From assembly GCA_029856155.1 (NCBI GenBank), contig JAHQWL010000021.1, positions 1 to 55,527 on the forward strand: DNA of 55,527 nt, written 5' to 3'. Below the pieces are notes generated by a model that was not told the origin of the DNA, made no database searches, and saw only the letters and a program-made list of their open reading frames with translations. The translations under genes were made by a program, and so were the position numbers. Positions 10,689-21,135 of the stretch are shown here, piece by piece (the first letter of the stretch is position 1; each line of letters starts with the position of its first letter). The stretch is from Promethearchaeia archaeon (lineage in GTDB: Archaea; Asgardarchaeota; Lokiarchaeia; Sigyniarchaeales; SOKP01).

Positions 10689-12173
10689 TTGTCACTAACT
10701 TTCACTGATTTTAGTTTCGTAATTATACTTTTTACAGGTATATTAATCTATTGGGCTTTTAGTAAATATATTAAGATTCAAAATACAATTTTTTTAGTTT
10801 TATGTTATTTTATTTATGGTTTTGGAAGTTATTGGCTATTAATTATAATATTGTCATCAACTATTTTTAATTATTTTAGCGGTGTTCTTCTAGGAAAAGA
10901 GTATAATAATAAAATAAAAAAAGCTATTATAACACTAACCATATTGATAAATCTATCGGCCCTTTTTATATTTAAATATTTTAACTTTTTTTCTGAAAGC
11001 ATTGCTCATCTATTAAATATTTTCGGATTAAATATTGAACCTTTATTGTTAAATCTTATTTTACCTATAGGAATCTCTTTCTTCACATTACAAGTGATAG
11101 CTTATAATATTGATGTGTATCGAGAAGATATTCTTCCTATTAAAAGGTTTATTGATTTAGCCATTTTTATTGCTTATTTTCCAAAACTTACATCTGGGCC
11201 TATTGAACACCCTAAAATTTTTATTCCTGAAATTGAAAAAAGAAAAAAACTCTCAAATTGCGATTTTTCTGGAGCAATTCAATTGATCCTTTTGGGCTAT
11301 TTTAGTAAAATTGTCATAGCAGATTTGATTTCTTATCACATAGGTGATTTTTATTTAAATCCTACTGTATTTAACTCTACAGATGCTTTAATTATTACTT
11401 TTTTATATACCATTCAAATTTATGCAGATTTTTCTGCCTATTCTAATATCGCTCGAGGGGTAAGTAAATTATTTGGTATAAACTTAATGATCAATTTTAA
11501 TCAACCATACTTATCAACAAATATTCGAACTTTTTGGCGAAATTGGCATATATCATTAACAGAGTGGCTTCGAGACTATCTTTACAAACCTTTGGGTGGA
11601 GATCGAAAAGGCTCAAAAAGATTAATATTAAACATTATGGTAGTGTTTGTGATAAGTGGTCTTTGGCATGGCGCTGCTTTAACCTTCATAATATGGGGAT
11701 TCATTCATGGAATCTTTATTATTGTCTATAGACTTAATTATATTACTTTAAATAAAAGGAATAAGAATCCTCTAAACTTAATTGAAAATTTAAGTGGAAG
11801 AAAGAAAAAAGTATCTTATGGTTGTTACAAATTTATAGGCCTTATTATTACTTTTCAGTTTGTGAACTTTGCTTGGATATTCTTTCGCTCAGATGATCTT
11901 AATACTGCCTTTTTAATTATTAGACTAGCATATTCGTTTGATCGTCTTTTTGTTGATCACATTATTCATAATTATTTCCTCTATATATTGTTATTTTCTT
12001 ATTTTTTCATTTTCTTAATTGATATATTCCAATTTAAATTGAAAAGACACGATATTATCACAAATCTGCATTGGTCACTTCAAGGAATAATTTATGCTTT
12101 CTTAATTTTTATGATAATTATTTTTACAAACAGTTTTGTAAAATATACGCCTTTTATATATGCTGGATTTTAG
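10689..12173 (+). CDS. MBOAT family O-acyltransferase (AlgI/DltB-like)
   Basis: LPIGISFFTLQ, YADFSAYS, NFNQPY, FWRNWHISL, SGLWHGA. Confidence 0.93.
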   Translation: MSLTFTDFSFVIILFTGILIYWAFSKYIKIQNTIFLVLCYFIYGFGSYWLLIIILSSTIFNYFSGVLLGKEYNNKIKKAIITLTILINLSALFIFKYFNFFSESIAHLLNIFGLNIEPLLLNLILPIGISFFTLQVIAYNIDVYREDILPIKRFIDLAIFIAYFPKLTSGPIEHPKIFIPEIEKRKKLSNCDFSGAIQLILLGYFSKIVIADLISYHIGDFYLNPTVFNSTDALIITFLYTIQIYADFSAYSNIARGVSKLFGINLMINFNQPYLSTNIRTFWRNWHISLTEWLRDYLYKPLGGDRKGSKRLILNIMVVFVISGLWHGAALTFIIWGFIHGIFIIVYRLNYITLNKRNKNPLNLIENLSGRKKKVSYGCYKFIGLIITFQFVNFAWIFFRSDDLNTAFLIIRLAYSFDRLFVDHIIHNYFLYILLFSYFFIFLIDIFQFKLKRHDIITNLHWSLQGIIYAFLIFMIIIFTNSFVKYTPFIYAGF

Positions 12174-12269
12174 AAAATTAATAATATTTCAAAATTTATG
12201 GGATCGTATAGTCTTGTTTGGAAATTGGTTTATTTATCAGTTAAATTTTAAATAAAGGGAAATTTAAAC

Positions 12270-12824
12270 ATGAAAATTAACGGATTAAAATTACATAGGA
12301 AAATATCTTGGTTGGTTGCTTTTTTTTCTTTAGTTGTGCTAATTATAGTGAGTTCACATAAATTTCTTGAAATTTATGATTTCTACCCTATTCTTCACTT
12401 GAGTCTTGAATGGGCTTTAATAGGATTACTTATTATACATTGTATTCTCTCACAAAAATATTTGAAACTTTGGTTCCCTCGTATCTTTAAAGGTCTTAAA
12501 AATGAGAGGACTCGCACCATATATATTTTTAGGCTGATACAACTAATTACGAATAGAGTAATAATTATATTAGCCGCGCTAGTCGTAATATCTGGTTTAG
12601 GATATTATGAGTGGTACGTCGAAAGCATTGGAATAGTAATACCATTTGGTTTGCATGTATATTATGATTTTTTCATGATGATATGCATCATAATTCATAT
12701 TGCGGTAGGATTTAAATTCATGTTTATAAGAAGAAGAATAAGAAGTCAGAATTCTAATCTATTCATAGTTCTATTTAGTAGTATCTTAATAGTTATAATT
12801 ACAATCTTAAATTTTATACTATAG
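12270..12824 (+). CDS. Hypothetical multi-pass membrane protein with intramembrane His (cytochrome b-like?)
   Basis: About 5 TM segments with repeated His spacing. Confidence 0.5.
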   Translation: MKINGLKLHRKISWLVAFFSLVVLIIVSSHKFLEIYDFYPILHLSLEWALIGLLIIHCILSQKYLKLWFPRIFKGLKNERTRTIYIFRLIQLITNRVIIILAALVVISGLGYYEWYVESIGIVIPFGLHVYYDFFMMICIIIHIAVGFKFMFIRRRIRSQNSNLFIVLFSSILIVIITILNFIL

Positions 12825-12859
12825 AAAAAAATAAAAAAAGGATTAAATAAATTAAATAT

Positions 12860-13870
12860 TCATAATTTCTTTACGATTAAATCAGCTAAACGGTTGGAAT
12901 AACCCCATTCATTATCATACCAACTAACGACACCACAGAAAGTACCACCAATTACTTTGGTCCACAAGCTAGAGAAAATAGAACTTGCGGGATTGCCAAC
13001 AATATCGGTAGTTACTATTGCATCATCGGTATATTCTAAAATTCCTTTTAGATAACCAGATGCAGCTTCTTTCATTTTAGCGTTAACATCTTCTACTGTT
13101 GTAGATTTCTCTAGATTTACTTTTAAATCAACAACGCTCCCGTTTGGGGTTGGAACACGCATTGCGATACCATCCATTTTACCGTTTAATTCTGGAAACA
13201 CGACACCAATCGCTTTTGCTGCACCAGTGGATGTCGGAACAATGTTTGCTGCACAAGCTCGACCACGAATCATTTTTATGGGATCTGCTGCTCTTGCTGT
13301 ATCGACCGGTTTTTGATCGCCTGTATATGAATGAACTGTAGTCATTATTCCGTTAACAATTCCATAATTGTCCAGTAATACTTTTACTACTGGTCCAAGA
13401 CAATTCGTTGTACAAGAAGCATTCGAGATGATTTTATGCTCGTTAGTTAATTTATCGTCATTACAACCTATTACAACGGTAAAATCAGGATTTACCGCAG
13501 GTGCACTAATCAACACTTTCTTAGCTCCAGCCTCTAAATGCTTTGCGGCGCCCTCTCTATTTGTAAAAAATCCAGTAGACTCGAGAGCAATGTCAATATT
13601 ATTACTAGCATGCGGCAAGTTTGATGGGTCTCGTTCTGCAGTAATAGGAATGTCCTTTCCATTTATTACTAAAGATTTTTCTCTAGCCTCTATAGTACCT
13701 TTAAACTTACCAAATACAGTATCATATTTTAAGACATAAGCTAAGTATTTTGGTTCAAATAAGTCATTAATTGAGACGACATCGATATCATTAGGATATT
13801 TTTCAGACAGTGCTCTAAAGAAGTTCCTTCCAATACGCCCGAAACCATTTATCGCGACTCTTTTTGCCAT
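12860..13870 (-). CDS. gap: Class I (bacterial-type) glyceraldehyde-3-phosphate dehydrogenase
   Basis: NGFGRIGR, SNASCTTNCL, STGAAKA, RVPTPNGS, WYDNEWGYS. Confidence 0.96.
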   Translation of the reverse strand: MAKRVAINGFGRIGRNFFRALSEKYPNDIDVVSINDLFEPKYLAYVLKYDTVFGKFKGTIEAREKSLVINGKDIPITAERDPSNLPHASNNIDIALESTGFFTNREGAAKHLEAGAKKVLISAPAVNPDFTVVIGCNDDKLTNEHKIISNASCTTNCLGPVVKVLLDNYGIVNGIMTTVHSYTGDQKPVDTARAADPIKMIRGRACAANIVPTSTGAAKAIGVVFPELNGKMDGIAMRVPTPNGSVVDLKVNLEKSTTVEDVNAKMKEAASGYLKGILEYTDDAIVTTDIVGNPASSIFSSLWTKVIGGTFCGVVSWYDNEWGYSNRLADLIVKKL

Positions 13871-14101
13871 TTGTTATCACTTTATTAATTTTTCATTTTG
13901 GTTATTCATATTAGAAATGACAATCTAAATATGTGGTAGATAGTTTTTTAATTTTATAGTTTTAAAATTTTCCATATCTAAGAATGGTATATTGGAAATT
14001 TAATACGGACAAAAATAGAAGAGATAGAAATAGGACTTTTAAGAAATTTAAAATTTTTATTTTAAAAGACTCTTGACAAAAGAAAATAAAGAGTTTTCCT
14101 C

Positions 14102-16474
14102 TTACATTTTTTCTTTAGCATGTTCGATATTTCTCATAATTGTTTGTGCTAGTGGACTTTCACTTAAACCTAATTGTTGTAAAATCTGTAATGCTTCTTC
14201 ATATTTTTGTACTGCTGCACCATAATTTTTTTGATAAAAATCAATAGTTCCAATATTGTGGATAACTCCTGCCATTCCTACAGGATCACCTATTTGTTTA
14301 TATATTGCCAGCGCATTTTCATACATCATAAGGGCTTCAGATAAATTTCTCTGATCTTCTAAAATCATCCCAATATCTTCTAAACATTTAGCTTGTAAAT
14401 TTGGTTGATTCATCTTTGCACTTAATTCTGAAGCCTCTTCGAAAGCTTTTAAAGCCTTTTTAAGATCTCCTTTCTCACGATATACTTTTCCTAAATTTAT
14501 AAGTGTATTTGTCTTTCCAAGTTGATATCCTACACGTTCGAAAATTTTTAAAACTTTTTCCCAAATTTTCATCGCATTTGATTGATCTCCTTTATAGAAA
14601 TATACTAACGCCATATTACTGAGGTTTGTACCCTCGAGTAAAGGATCACTCAACTGTTCTCCTAATTTTAAAGCCTCTTCAAAATAGTTCAATGCTTCAT
14701 TAAAGTTGCTAAGAGTTGTATATATTAATCCAATGTTATTAAGAGTAGATACTCTTTTTGATAAAGATCCTATTTTTATTGAGATATCAAGCGCTTGCTT
14801 GAAATATTCGAGTGCTTCATAAAATTTTCCAATAGCACGGAACAATTCACCAATTGTATTTAAACATGCAACTTTACCGTCAAGATCAGATAGAAGATCA
14901 TTAATATGAAGTGATTCTTCATAGCTCTTATAAGCAGCATCAACATTACCTAAGCTTAATTGAATCATCCCTATAATCATAAGCATATCTGCTTTATCAG
15001 ACAACTTTCCTAATTGATCAAAGATTTGAAGTGCTTCAGTGGCTTTTTCTAAAGCCTCAACATTGTTTCCCATATTTTTAATAATTGAACTAATATTTCT
15101 GAGAGTTATAGCCTTGGAAAAATAATCATTTGTTTGTTCAAATAATGGAAGTGCTACCTTAAAATAGTTTAACGCATCAGAATACTTCCCCCATGCATTA
15201 TAAATATTTGCAATATTATTATAACAAGCAGCTTTCCATTCTTTAGGTTCTATTTTTTCTGCAGATTTTAATGCTTGATTATATAATTTTAGAGCTTCAG
15301 AGTAATTTCCTTGCTCATAATGAATTTTTCCTATTAGATTGAGTGATTTTATAATCATAACTTCATCTTTAGTTTGTTCTGAAATCTTAAGTAATTTTTG
15401 CGCACATCGGAGTGAATCATCCATTAAATTAAAATCGAAATATATTGTTTGTGGAATAAAGTATCTCATTAGCTCATTTGGTGGGGTAATATTTTCTTTT
15501 AGCCATTCTAAGGGTGAGATTGAAAAATTATCTTGACTTAAGTTTGGGGGACCACTTAATAATTTATTGGCTAATCTTGATGTATTCACATCAACCCTAT
15601 AAATATTCTTTACATTATTCATTTGTTTTATATCTGTAAGAATTTGATCTACTTTTTCCTTGCTTTCTGACATACCAATATCAGTGGATTCAACTTCATA
15701 GATTATCTCCTTTCCCTTATCATCCCCGACAAAATTAATCCATGCAATACTATCGATATTTTGGAGTTTCTTTAAGGTAGGAACAACATCAAAATCATCA
15801 CTCCCAGAATACCCCATAACGATTATTGTGCGTCCTTTTGAGATATTATCAAATAAAGGGCGTTTATAAGGTTCTACTTGAAAAACACTCATTCCTTCTT
15901 TATTAGATCCAAATGCTTGTATAGTTGCTACTAAGGTATCTCTTGTACTTTCATTTGTAATTATATTTTTCGTAGAGCCATGAATTTTATAAACTGTCTT
16001 TAGACCATTTAAAAATAAGTCTGAGGGAACAGCGTAATTTTCGAAGTCTTTTCGTGTAATAATAATTTTTATTTTTTCCTTAGGTATATTTAACTGGAGT
16101 AGAGCATGTTCTATTAAAAAATCAAAATTAGTGGTCATGACGAAGTGTCCTTGATTTATCTTCTCTGCAAGATAAAAATGTTGAGTGTTTGGTTTATCAC
16201 TTAGTCCATAATAATCAATAATTTTTAGGTTTGAATCAAGATTATCTCTAATGATTTCTACCAATCCTTCAAACCTAAGTTCTTCTATTTTAAGGATTTT
16301 ATCTACTTCTGATTCTGCACATGTAAACTTTATCAAAGCTTCCATCATTGAACGCCCAGCAGGCTGACAAGAGGGAGCATCTACAGAACAACCAGCACCA
16401 ACCAAAAATGTTAATTTTTGGTCATTTCCTAAAAGATCCTCTATTTTCAAATTAGCTTTTTTCATATTATTCAT
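14102..16474 (-). CDS. SIR2-like domain fused to TPR repeats
   Basis: GAGCS, TTNFD, KIHGS, GYSGSDDFD in the N-terminal half; about 10-11 TPR-like units in the C-terminal half. Confidence 0.85.
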   Translation of the reverse strand: MNNMKKANLKIEDLLGNDQKLTFLVGAGCSVDAPSCQPAGRSMMEALIKFTCAESEVDKILKIEELRFEGLVEIIRDNLDSNLKIIDYYGLSDKPNTQHFYLAEKINQGHFVMTTNFDFLIEHALLQLNIPKEKIKIIITRKDFENYAVPSDLFLNGLKTVYKIHGSTKNIITNESTRDTLVATIQAFGSNKEGMSVFQVEPYKRPLFDNISKGRTIIVMGYSGSDDFDVVPTLKKLQNIDSIAWINFVGDDKGKEIIYEVESTDIGMSESKEKVDQILTDIKQMNNVKNIYRVDVNTSRLANKLLSGPPNLSQDNFSISPLEWLKENITPPNELMRYFIPQTIYFDFNLMDDSLRCAQKLLKISEQTKDEVMIIKSLNLIGKIHYEQGNYSEALKLYNQALKSAEKIEPKEWKAACYNNIANIYNAWGKYSDALNYFKVALPLFEQTNDYFSKAITLRNISSIIKNMGNNVEALEKATEALQIFDQLGKLSDKADMLMIIGMIQLSLGNVDAAYKSYEESLHINDLLSDLDGKVACLNTIGELFRAIGKFYEALEYFKQALDISIKIGSLSKRVSTLNNIGLIYTTLSNFNEALNYFEEALKLGEQLSDPLLEGTNLSNMALVYFYKGDQSNAMKIWEKVLKIFERVGYQLGKTNTLINLGKVYREKGDLKKALKAFEEASELSAKMNQPNLQAKCLEDIGMILEDQRNLSEALMMYENALAIYKQIGDPVGMAGVIHNIGTIDFYQKNYGAAVQKYEEALQILQQLGLSESPLAQTIMRNIEHAKEKM

Positions 16475-16625
16475 TTAAACTTCTTCTGTTATTTAAGATT
16501 TTTTAACTAAAAACCAGAGTTAAATCTTGAGAATTGGAATCTCAATAAGCACAACAGAAAGCTTTCTTTTACATTTCTAATATGCTTTAATTAATAAGGA
16601 AAAATATGGATTCTTCTTTTTATAA

Positions 16626-17363
16626 TCATTTTTGTAAAAATTGTAATGCTATCTCAGTTACATCTCTTGTTTCTTCACGTTGCACCATACCAATTGCGAT
16701 TGCGCATACATTATGTTTAGAAATGTATTCAAATGCCTTTTTTGGTTCTAAATTGCCAGCTGCCAAAGTTTTCATCTCAATAAATGCAGTATTTTTGTGA
16801 TTATCTACAATTTTTTCCAGTTTGGATTGATTTCCCATCATTATTCCATTTACATTAAAGGGAACTAAAACAGCTTTTACATTGAGATTATTTGCATATA
16901 TATACTCTAAGGTTTGAACAGGGTTATGAGTAGCAATCCCTGGAATAACTCCACGAGACGAAATGTCATCCAATAATTCAATTAATTTCTCTCCTTTACT
17001 ATCAGATATTGATGCAAATATAAAAATAATCTTTGCTTCTGCATTAATCAAATCTTCAATTAGAGGATCAGGGCCGAGAAAATTCGGTAAAGTAGAACCT
17101 GTGATAATGAAATCATCATGCGTTTGTTTCATTATTTTAGCTGCTTCACAGATCTTGCCAAAGGGAATTATTTCAAACCCCCGACCACCAACTTCATAAC
17201 TAGCCTCTAAAATTTCATTCATCGCATCAGGATCATTCAAAAACTTTTTTCTGTAAATTAGTGAATTCTTTCCAAATTGTGGAGAACCAATGAATGGTGA
17301 TGATCCAGTCGATACAAGGGGAATATCTATTCCTTCAAATTTAGAAAATAATTGTTTACCCAT
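16626..17363 (-). CDS. Hypothetical TIM-barrel protein, aldo/keto reductase-like
   Basis: GIATHNP, LVPFN..G, MKTLAAG, AIAIGM motifs. Confidence 0.55.
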   Translation of the reverse strand: MGKQLFSKFEGIDIPLVSTGSSPFIGSPQFGKNSLIYRKKFLNDPDAMNEILEASYEVGGRGFEIIPFGKICEAAKIMKQTHDDFIITGSTLPNFLGPDPLIEDLINAEAKIIFIFASISDSKGEKLIELLDDISSRGVIPGIATHNPVQTLEYIYANNLNVKAVLVPFNVNGIMMGNQSKLEKIVDNHKNTAFIEMKTLAAGNLEPKKAFEYISKHNVCAIAIGMVQREETRDVTEIALQFLQK

Positions 17364-17460
17364 TTATGTTTCCGCCTTAATTTGATAATCGAAATTGTTT
17401 TAATGCTTTAAAAACATATCTATTGAAATAATAATAAAAGTAAGATAAAATTGAGATTAT

Positions 17461-18234
17461 TTAGGCTTCCTCTTCTTCCTCAAATTCTTTTCCCATTAAC
17501 CTCATAACGGCATCAGCAAGCTTATTTTGACTTCGACTCAAAATTCCTTTAACTTTACCTTCTTTTCCAAGGACTCTTAACATGATGCCATTCCAAATAG
17601 AAGAAGGCTCTCCTTTTATGTTTTTAAACCTATCGCGATGGACCTCAACACTAATGTTATCATAATTCTCAGCAGCTTCAGTACATTTAAAGCATAGAAT
17701 GCATTTATCTCGGTCTACTTCAATTGCTTTACCCTTTCTTTCCATTGCGCTCACAGAGCATTCATCACAAAAAGCATCTAACACTTTAGCATCTTTCTCA
17801 TTACAAGTTATTGTTATAGAACCTTCTACAACCTTACGTACTTTTTGTCCATTCTCCAGAGTTCGAACTTCTTCGTCAAATTCTGGAAGAGAACCATTTT
17901 CTACAAGATTTAATTTCTTTTCTCCATTAATATAGAGTTCCAAGGTGTATCCTGGGCAAATCCAAGAGCATGAACCACACCATACACACTTATCTGTATC
18001 AACTACAATCTTTTTATCAGAATCTATCTTCATTTCTTTTGGTGTTCCAATTGCGGTTCTTTTCAAGACCTTATCGTATATAGAAACAGTAACAGGGCAT
18101 ACTCTATGGCAAAAACCACACTCTATGCATTTATCTTCATGGTAGACAAGCGACATTACATGGTTCAACATTTTAAACTCGTAATTTACAGTATTCTCAT
18201 CAACTTGAATGGCTTTTTTAGATGGCAGACTCAT
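17461..18234 (-). CDS. 4Fe-4S polyferredoxin-like protein (FwdF/G-like)
   Basis: CIECGFCHRVCP, CVWCGSCSWICP, CILCFKC motifs. Confidence 0.85.
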   Translation of the reverse strand: MSLPSKKAIQVDENTVNYEFKMLNHVMSLVYHEDKCIECGFCHRVCPVTVSIYDKVLKRTAIGTPKEMKIDSDKKIVVDTDKCVWCGSCSWICPGYTLELYINGEKKLNLVENGSLPEFDEEVRTLENGQKVRKVVEGSITITCNEKDAKVLDAFCDECSVSAMERKGKAIEVDRDKCILCFKCTEAAENYDNISVEVHRDRFKNIKGEPSSIWNGIMLRVLGKEGKVKGILSRSQNKLADAVMRLMGKEFEEEEEA

Positions 18235-18408
18235 TTTCTCTCTTATTCCTTATGAATTTTAGATTAATTATTTATAATTCATATAAGATAATAAACGTTT
18301 CAATTAAGAACATCTGATAAGAACTGCTGAGATCTGTAATTATGTATGTATTTATATAAGACTATCTTTTTTTATTATAATTCAATGTTTTAAAGATACT
18401 GATATGAA

Positions 18409-19140
18409 TTGCTTTCTTCTAAATTAAACAGATTTTCCCAAAAATTTTTGCATATTTTTATCATTATACTGTTAGTATTTAGTATTGCTTATTTTCAAGT
18501 GATATCTAATGGACAATCTGTAAAAAATAATACAATTAAAAGTTCCAATTTAGATTATGACAATGAAATTGAGTTAAAATATGGTATTCCAACCTTAATT
18601 TCGGAGGTATCCGTTCCCTCTGGCAATATTTTTGGAGGGCAAATTATTGAAGGATTATATTTAAAAGCTAACTTCACTGAAAATAATGGTTCAATATGGA
18701 TAAATGACCAGAATAACGATACAATATGGAGAGATTATTTTAATAAAACAATTGAAAGATATATAAATATAAATTCATCTTCTATTCTAGGATACGGTCT
18801 ATGGGCGAATTCTTCGACATTAGGAAATTGTACAGTATATTATACTTTCTCAGCAAGGATAATTCATGCAGAAAATTTTGGTTTAGGTATTCTCATTGTT
18901 TTATTACCCATCATTATTATAGGGATTATTATCTATTCTGTAACTTATGGGAGAAAAAAGGAACCACATTCAGTTAGAGTAGCTACAAGAATAGTAGATA
19001 GAATGAGGTTAAAATATGAAGCATTACATCAAGAAAGGACAACTAAAAAAGAGACAATAATTTGCCCAAAATGTGGTTCTAAAGTGCAAGACTATAGTGA
19101 AAATTTCTGCAGAGAATGTGGTTTTAAATTAAAAAGGTAA
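18409..19140 (+). CDS. Membrane protein with C-terminal zinc ribbon
   Basis: Signal/TM, extracellular region, TM, then CPKCG...FCRECG. Confidence 0.7.
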   Translation: MLSSKLNRFSQKFLHIFIIILLVFSIAYFQVISNGQSVKNNTIKSSNLDYDNEIELKYGIPTLISEVSVPSGNIFGGQIIEGLYLKANFTENNGSIWINDQNNDTIWRDYFNKTIERYININSSSILGYGLWANSSTLGNCTVYYTFSARIIHAENFGLGILIVLLPIIIIGIIIYSVTYGRKKEPHSVRVATRIVDRMRLKYEALHQERTTKKETIICPKCGSKVQDYSENFCRECGFKLKR

Positions 19141-19185
19141 AAATGATAAAAATAAATAAAAATTAGTTTTAGAAATGAAATCCTC

Positions 19186-19326
19186 TTAAAACATCAAAGA
19201 AATTGCGATATCTAGAATAAAATACAAGGCAAGGCTAAATAAATATGTCCAGTAGATGATTCGAAAATATTTCCATATTGTCCACTTATTCTCTTTTATT
19301 GATTCCCATAATTCTTTACGATTCAT
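19186..19326 (-). CDS. Small single-TM protein (46 aa, MNRKELWE...)
   Basis: GGAGG ribosome-binding site upstream of ATG at 19326; start revised from the track's 19401. Confidence 0.6.
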   Translation of the reverse strand: MNRKELWESIKENKWTIWKYFRIIYWTYLFSLALYFILDIAISLMF

Positions 19327-19342
19327 TCTTTTAGACCTCCGT

Positions 19343-19477
19343 TTAAATGAAGAAATGATATTTCCATAATATAAATGGAACAATAACGAGAAGACCCACA
19401 ATTATCATGATAATAAGCTCGATGATAAATTTTTGAATTTGAGTTAATTCTTTTTCCTTTACTTTTTCTTCAGTCAT
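19343..19477 (-). CDS. Small single-TM protein (44 aa, MTEEKVKEKELTQIQKFIIELIIMIIVGLLVIVPFILWKYHFFI), absent from ORF track
   Basis: ATG separated by 1 nt from the upstream stop, GGAGGT just upstream; fills the gap to the next RBS. Confidence 0.6.
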   Translation of the reverse strand: MTEEKVKEKELTQIQKFIIELIIMIIVGLLVIVPFILWKYHFFI

Positions 19478-19478
19478 A

Positions 19479-20969
19479 TTAACTACCTCCAAATTGATTT
19501 GCATATTGAATTAATCCAGTAGCACTAAATCTAGCCATCCTTATCTCCGTTGCTGTAAATAGCATTATCCCAACAATCCATGGATAGTCGTGATTGATAG
19601 GACATGTATAGTAGCTAACATAAATGTCATCACCTCTTATTACAACTCCCGTATAAGCGGTGTCACCATTGCTAGGGAGATCAAAAAGATGGATAAGTCT
19701 ATCTTGGTTAACTTCATAAATTGAAGTTCGTTTTTTACTTATGTGATTGCCAAGATCGATACTTGGACCGAGGTGATTACGTCCTGCAGCAAAAATTCTT
19801 TTTCCATCTTCCAACGCGAAAAGGGTTGCCCCATCTAATCGTGTTTGGAAATCTGTAGCATATGACCAGTTTAAGAGATTGTTATATGATGTAGCTATGA
19901 TAGTACAAGCATGAGGAGTACCAAATAAATAATCTTCCCAACTACTCACAGAACTCACGCGTAAGGTTGCAATTAATTCACCATTTGGTAAGAACATCAA
20001 GCAAGGTTCATCACTAAAATAAGTATCGTAAACTACAGATACTTCTGTCCAATTTACACCGTCATTAGTTTCTAATAAAATTGTTTCGGGGTTGTCTTCT
20101 TCTTCATTGCTAGCCATAACATACCAAGTATTATTATCATTAGTTATTGGTTCTTGTCTTCCAAAATGCCACCCACCTTCCAGTTGCCATGATGTTCCAT
20201 GAGAAACGTTGACAAATATTTGTTCTGGAATTGACCAAGTTTCACCATCTATACTTGAGCAATAAAAAGTCCAATTTGGACTAGGATCAAACTCAAAATT
20301 AGGTAAGAAGTATAAAAATAGTGTTCCTTTAATCTCCGTTAATAATGGATCTCTTACATCATTTTGTCCAGGACCTTTAATAGTAGCTACTGTCTGCCAA
20401 CTTCCAGCAGAAGCATTAGAGGATTTAGCTACAACTAATTCACCATTTAGATCCTGAAGGTGCCACTTAGAAGACTGATAAACTAGATAAAATTCATCAT
20501 TCCAATAGAATAGTTCAGTATTAGATTTATGATGCTTTTCTAAATTATTACCCGAAGGGATTGCTGTCCAAGTTTCCAATTGGAGAATAGGATCTACATT
20601 AAAGGAAGGAGGAAGACGAAGAGAATAATATGTAAGCATAGCTCCAAATAATGAAACAAGCGATATCATTAAAGTGAATAAAACAACGATACATTTTTTA
20701 CCACCATTTAGAACTTTATCTTTAAATTGTCTTGTTTCTTTTTTGATAAAAAACACATCTGTAAGAACAAGATATATAGTTTCAAAAATCCCAATAAATA
20801 AGAAAATTGCTATAACGATTCCAAAGAAGAAAGTGAAATTCCTTGTTCCTCTCCCAAATGGTTCTAATGTTCCAATCGTACCAATTATAATCATCAATAC
20901 CACAGCGATTAATATTGAATATAATGGGATTTTAACTTTTGTGATTAGTTTAAATTTTAATTTCAGCAT
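19479..20969 (-). CDS. Membrane-anchored BNR/sialidase-like beta-propeller protein
   Basis: Three N-terminal TMs; DVRDP, Asp-box-like SIDGETWS and TNDGVNWT, DLPSNGDTAY. Confidence 0.7.
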   Translation of the reverse strand: MLKLKFKLITKVKIPLYSILIAVVLMIIIGTIGTLEPFGRGTRNFTFFFGIVIAIFLFIGIFETIYLVLTDVFFIKKETRQFKDKVLNGGKKCIVVLFTLMISLVSLFGAMLTYYSLRLPPSFNVDPILQLETWTAIPSGNNLEKHHKSNTELFYWNDEFYLVYQSSKWHLQDLNGELVVAKSSNASAGSWQTVATIKGPGQNDVRDPLLTEIKGTLFLYFLPNFEFDPSPNWTFYCSSIDGETWSIPEQIFVNVSHGTSWQLEGGWHFGRQEPITNDNNTWYVMASNEEEDNPETILLETNDGVNWTEVSVVYDTYFSDEPCLMFLPNGELIATLRVSSVSSWEDYLFGTPHACTIIATSYNNLLNWSYATDFQTRLDGATLFALEDGKRIFAAGRNHLGPSIDLGNHISKKRTSIYEVNQDRLIHLFDLPSNGDTAYTGVVIRGDDIYVSYYTCPINHDYPWIVGIMLFTATEIRMARFSATGLIQYANQFGGS

Positions 20970-21135
20970 TATTTTTTCTCTTTTTTCTCGATTTTATATT
21001 GATTTATGAATAGATTTTAATTAATATTTATCTAGAACTAATATTTAAAGATTAAATACATAGATTTTACATTCTTTATCTTAAATGTAGAAAATTAATT
21101 GATTATGAATTAGTGAACTTCGCAAATCTTTTCAA

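Noticed and set aside
3924-16474. SIR2-HerA defence operon
   Set aside because: The two genes are about 8.5 kb apart with unrelated genes between; known SIR2-HerA systems are adjacent pairs
19327-19401. N-terminal extension of track ORF 19186..19401
   Set aside because: It overlaps the better-supported 44-aa ORF in another frame; the RBS points to ATG 19326
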